Positions 18,885 to 20,000 of a DNA stretch of 20,000 bases are shown in pieces (within the stretch, counting starts at the first letter, position 1; the number at the start of each line of letters is the position of its first letter). A program made the position numbers and the translations under genes. This DNA is from Archaeoglobus sp. JdFR-37. GTDB lineage: Archaea > Halobacteriota > Archaeoglobi > Archaeoglobales > Archaeoglobaceae. The stretch is taken from NCBI GenBank assembly GCA_002010215.1, contig MTMY01000033.1, forward strand, positions 52,271 through 72,270, in the 5' to 3' direction. The notes beneath the pieces are model-generated. The model saw only the letters and a program-made list of their open reading frames with translations, did no database searches and was not told the DNA's origin.

Positions 18885-19653
18885 TCAGCACCACCATTGC
18901 TTCCTCGACATCCACATCCTCATGCACGATCATTCTTATAGCTCTGGCAATCAGTTGGGGCTTTGGATGTTCAAACACGTTTCTGCCCACTGCCACGCCT
19001 GCAGCACCGGCAAGTACTGCATCTCTTATCATCAGAAGGAGCTCTTCCTCGCCTTTTTTGCTCCCGCCTGCCATCACAACTGGGATTCCAACACTCTCCA
19101 CAACCTTCGCAAAGCTCTTCAGAGAACCCGTGTAGGTCACCTTAACAATATCTGCTCCGAGCTCGTAACCAACTCTTGCCGCATGGATTACATTATCTAC
19201 ACTTTTCTCTTCCAAGTCAACTCCTCTGGCATACACCATTGCCAGCAGTGGAATGCCGAAGTCATCGCACACTTCAGCTACGAAACCAGCTTCCTTGAGC
19301 TGCTCGTGTTCAGTATCAGAGCCGATATTAACATGGATGCTGACCGCATCTGCACCAAGCTGAATTGCTTTCTCAACACTTCCAACAATCGTCTTTCTGT
19401 TGGGGTCTGGTGATATTGACGTTGAAGCGCTCAGATGTATTATCAACCCCATATCACTCCTCTGAATATGACAGGAATGTTTTGCTACACCTTTATGTAA
19501 AACTACAGCATCAGCGATTCCTTCAATCTGGGATAGAACCCTGTCAATGTTGGACAATGTTTCAGATGGTTTCGTTATACCATGGTCCATTGGTACTATG
19601 AATGTTTTTCCACTTTTCAATATTCTTCTCATCCTTCTACCCTTTCCAATCAT
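18850..19653 (-). CDS. aroA': 2-amino-3,7-dideoxy-D-threo-hept-6-ulosonate synthase (DhnA-type class I aldolase)
   Basis: PMDHG, HLSAST, LGADAVSIHVN, ELGADIVK, VAVGRN; directly upstream of aroB'. Confidence 0.92.
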   Translation of the reverse strand: MIGKGRRMRRILKSGKTFIVPMDHGITKPSETLSNIDRVLSQIEGIADAVVLHKGVAKHSCHIQRSDMGLIIHLSASTSISPDPNRKTIVGSVEKAIQLGADAVSIHVNIGSDTEHEQLKEAGFVAEVCDDFGIPLLAMVYARGVDLEEKSVDNVIHAARVGYELGADIVKVTYTGSLKSFAKVVESVGIPVVMAGGSKKGEEELLLMIRDAVLAGAAGVAVGRNVFEHPKPQLIARAIRMIVHEDVDVEEAMVVLNEGDMANMQRK

Positions 19654-19751
19654 TTATTACCACCTTTTATTTAATTTTTCAATAAATTTGAGGTTAAAAA
19701 TTTTGAAACGGTTACAGCCCACACAAACCACGCCAACACCTCCAGAAGATA

Positions 19752-19820
19752 TCAATAGCTAAAGCTAAACCAATAATAGAAATAGAATCCGTAGCTCCAA
19801 ATGGAGACGAACTGAGACAT
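19752..19820 (-). CDS. Putative aromatic-amino-acid leader peptide, 22 aa
   Basis: ATG TCT CAG TTC GTC TCC ATT TGG AGC TAC GGA TTC TAT TTC TAT TAT TGG TTT AGC TTT AGC TAT TGA = MSQFVSIWSYGFYFYYWFSFSY (5 F, 5 Y, 2 W). Its stop is 98 nt upstream of aroA'. Confidence 0.7.
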   Translation of the reverse strand: MSQFVSIWSYGFYFYYWFSFSY

Positions 19821-19843
19821 CTTGCCCAACTTTAGCAAGGTGT

Positions 19844-19857
19844 TATTTAAATTTTTC
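19844..19857 (-). promoter_or_regulatory. BRE/TATA promoter for the leader ORF and aromatic operon
   Basis: GAAAAATTTAAATA, with the same AAAAATTTAAATA core as the tRNA promoter; TATA ends 24 nt before the leader ATG. Confidence 0.7.
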
Positions 19858-19899
19858 CATAATTCGTGGAAGTTTCTACTGGCAGTTCACAGATAACAT

Positions 19900-20000
19900 G
19901 TGAACTACTCCACCCCAGGCAGAGCTTCCTGCTTCAGCGAGAGAACTTGCCCCTCGATCACTTCTCTACACGAGATCACGAGGGGTAGAGGTTCTCCCTC
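19900..20000 (-). mobile_element. IS200/IS605 (IS1341-type) right end with probable tnpB 3' tail and omegaRNA scaffold; continues beyond the window
   Basis: GAAG-CTCTGCC-TGG-GGTGGAG-TAGTTCAC end. Frame 20000-19905 reads EGEPLPLVISCREVIEGQVLSLKQEALPGVE*, resembling TnpB tails. Nested stems GAGAAC/GTTCTC and CCCCTCG/CGAGGGG. Confidence 0.75.

Noticed and set aside
19544..19563. 15/20 match between the predicted guide of the 11910 element and the aroA' coding strand
   Set aside because: Mismatches fall at guide positions 1-2 and 10-11, there is no adjacent TTTAT, and both sequences are internal AACATTG repeats, so a chance match is likely.
1..20000. CRISPR array or cas genes
   Set aside because: No regularly spaced direct repeats or cas-like ORFs were seen.

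Overview
Archaeal chromosome segment, most likely Archaeoglobaceae. This is inferred from the fused prephenate dehydrogenase-chorismate mutase-prephenate dehydratase, the AfJAMM-like protease, the AfpA+Isf pair, BRE/TATA promoters and GGTGA ribosome-binding sites. Most of it is housekeeping: purA-trm112-pyrG-guaAB-argD (minus); ZIP transporter; leuD-like gene, zinc-finger microprotein, JAMM and ribL (plus); initiator tRNA-Met, RecJ-like gene and pcc1 (minus); isf-afpA; panE; DUF2116; UPF0182; a ferritin-like gene; and the aromatic amino acid operon aroA'-aroB'-aroD-tyrA/aroQ/pheA. Two things stand out. (1) An unannotated, apparently leaderless 22-codon ORF, MSQFVSIWSYGFYFYYWFSFSY (12 of 22 codons Phe/Tyr/Trp), lies between a BRE/TATA promoter and the aromatic operon. 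It is a candidate archaeal leader-peptide attenuator. (2) There are three IS200/IS605-type ends: a 142-bp non-autonomous element with an omegaRNA-like fold, a 45-bp single-hairpin element (these two bracket the UPF0182 gene in the same orientation), and a tnpB 3' end at the right edge.
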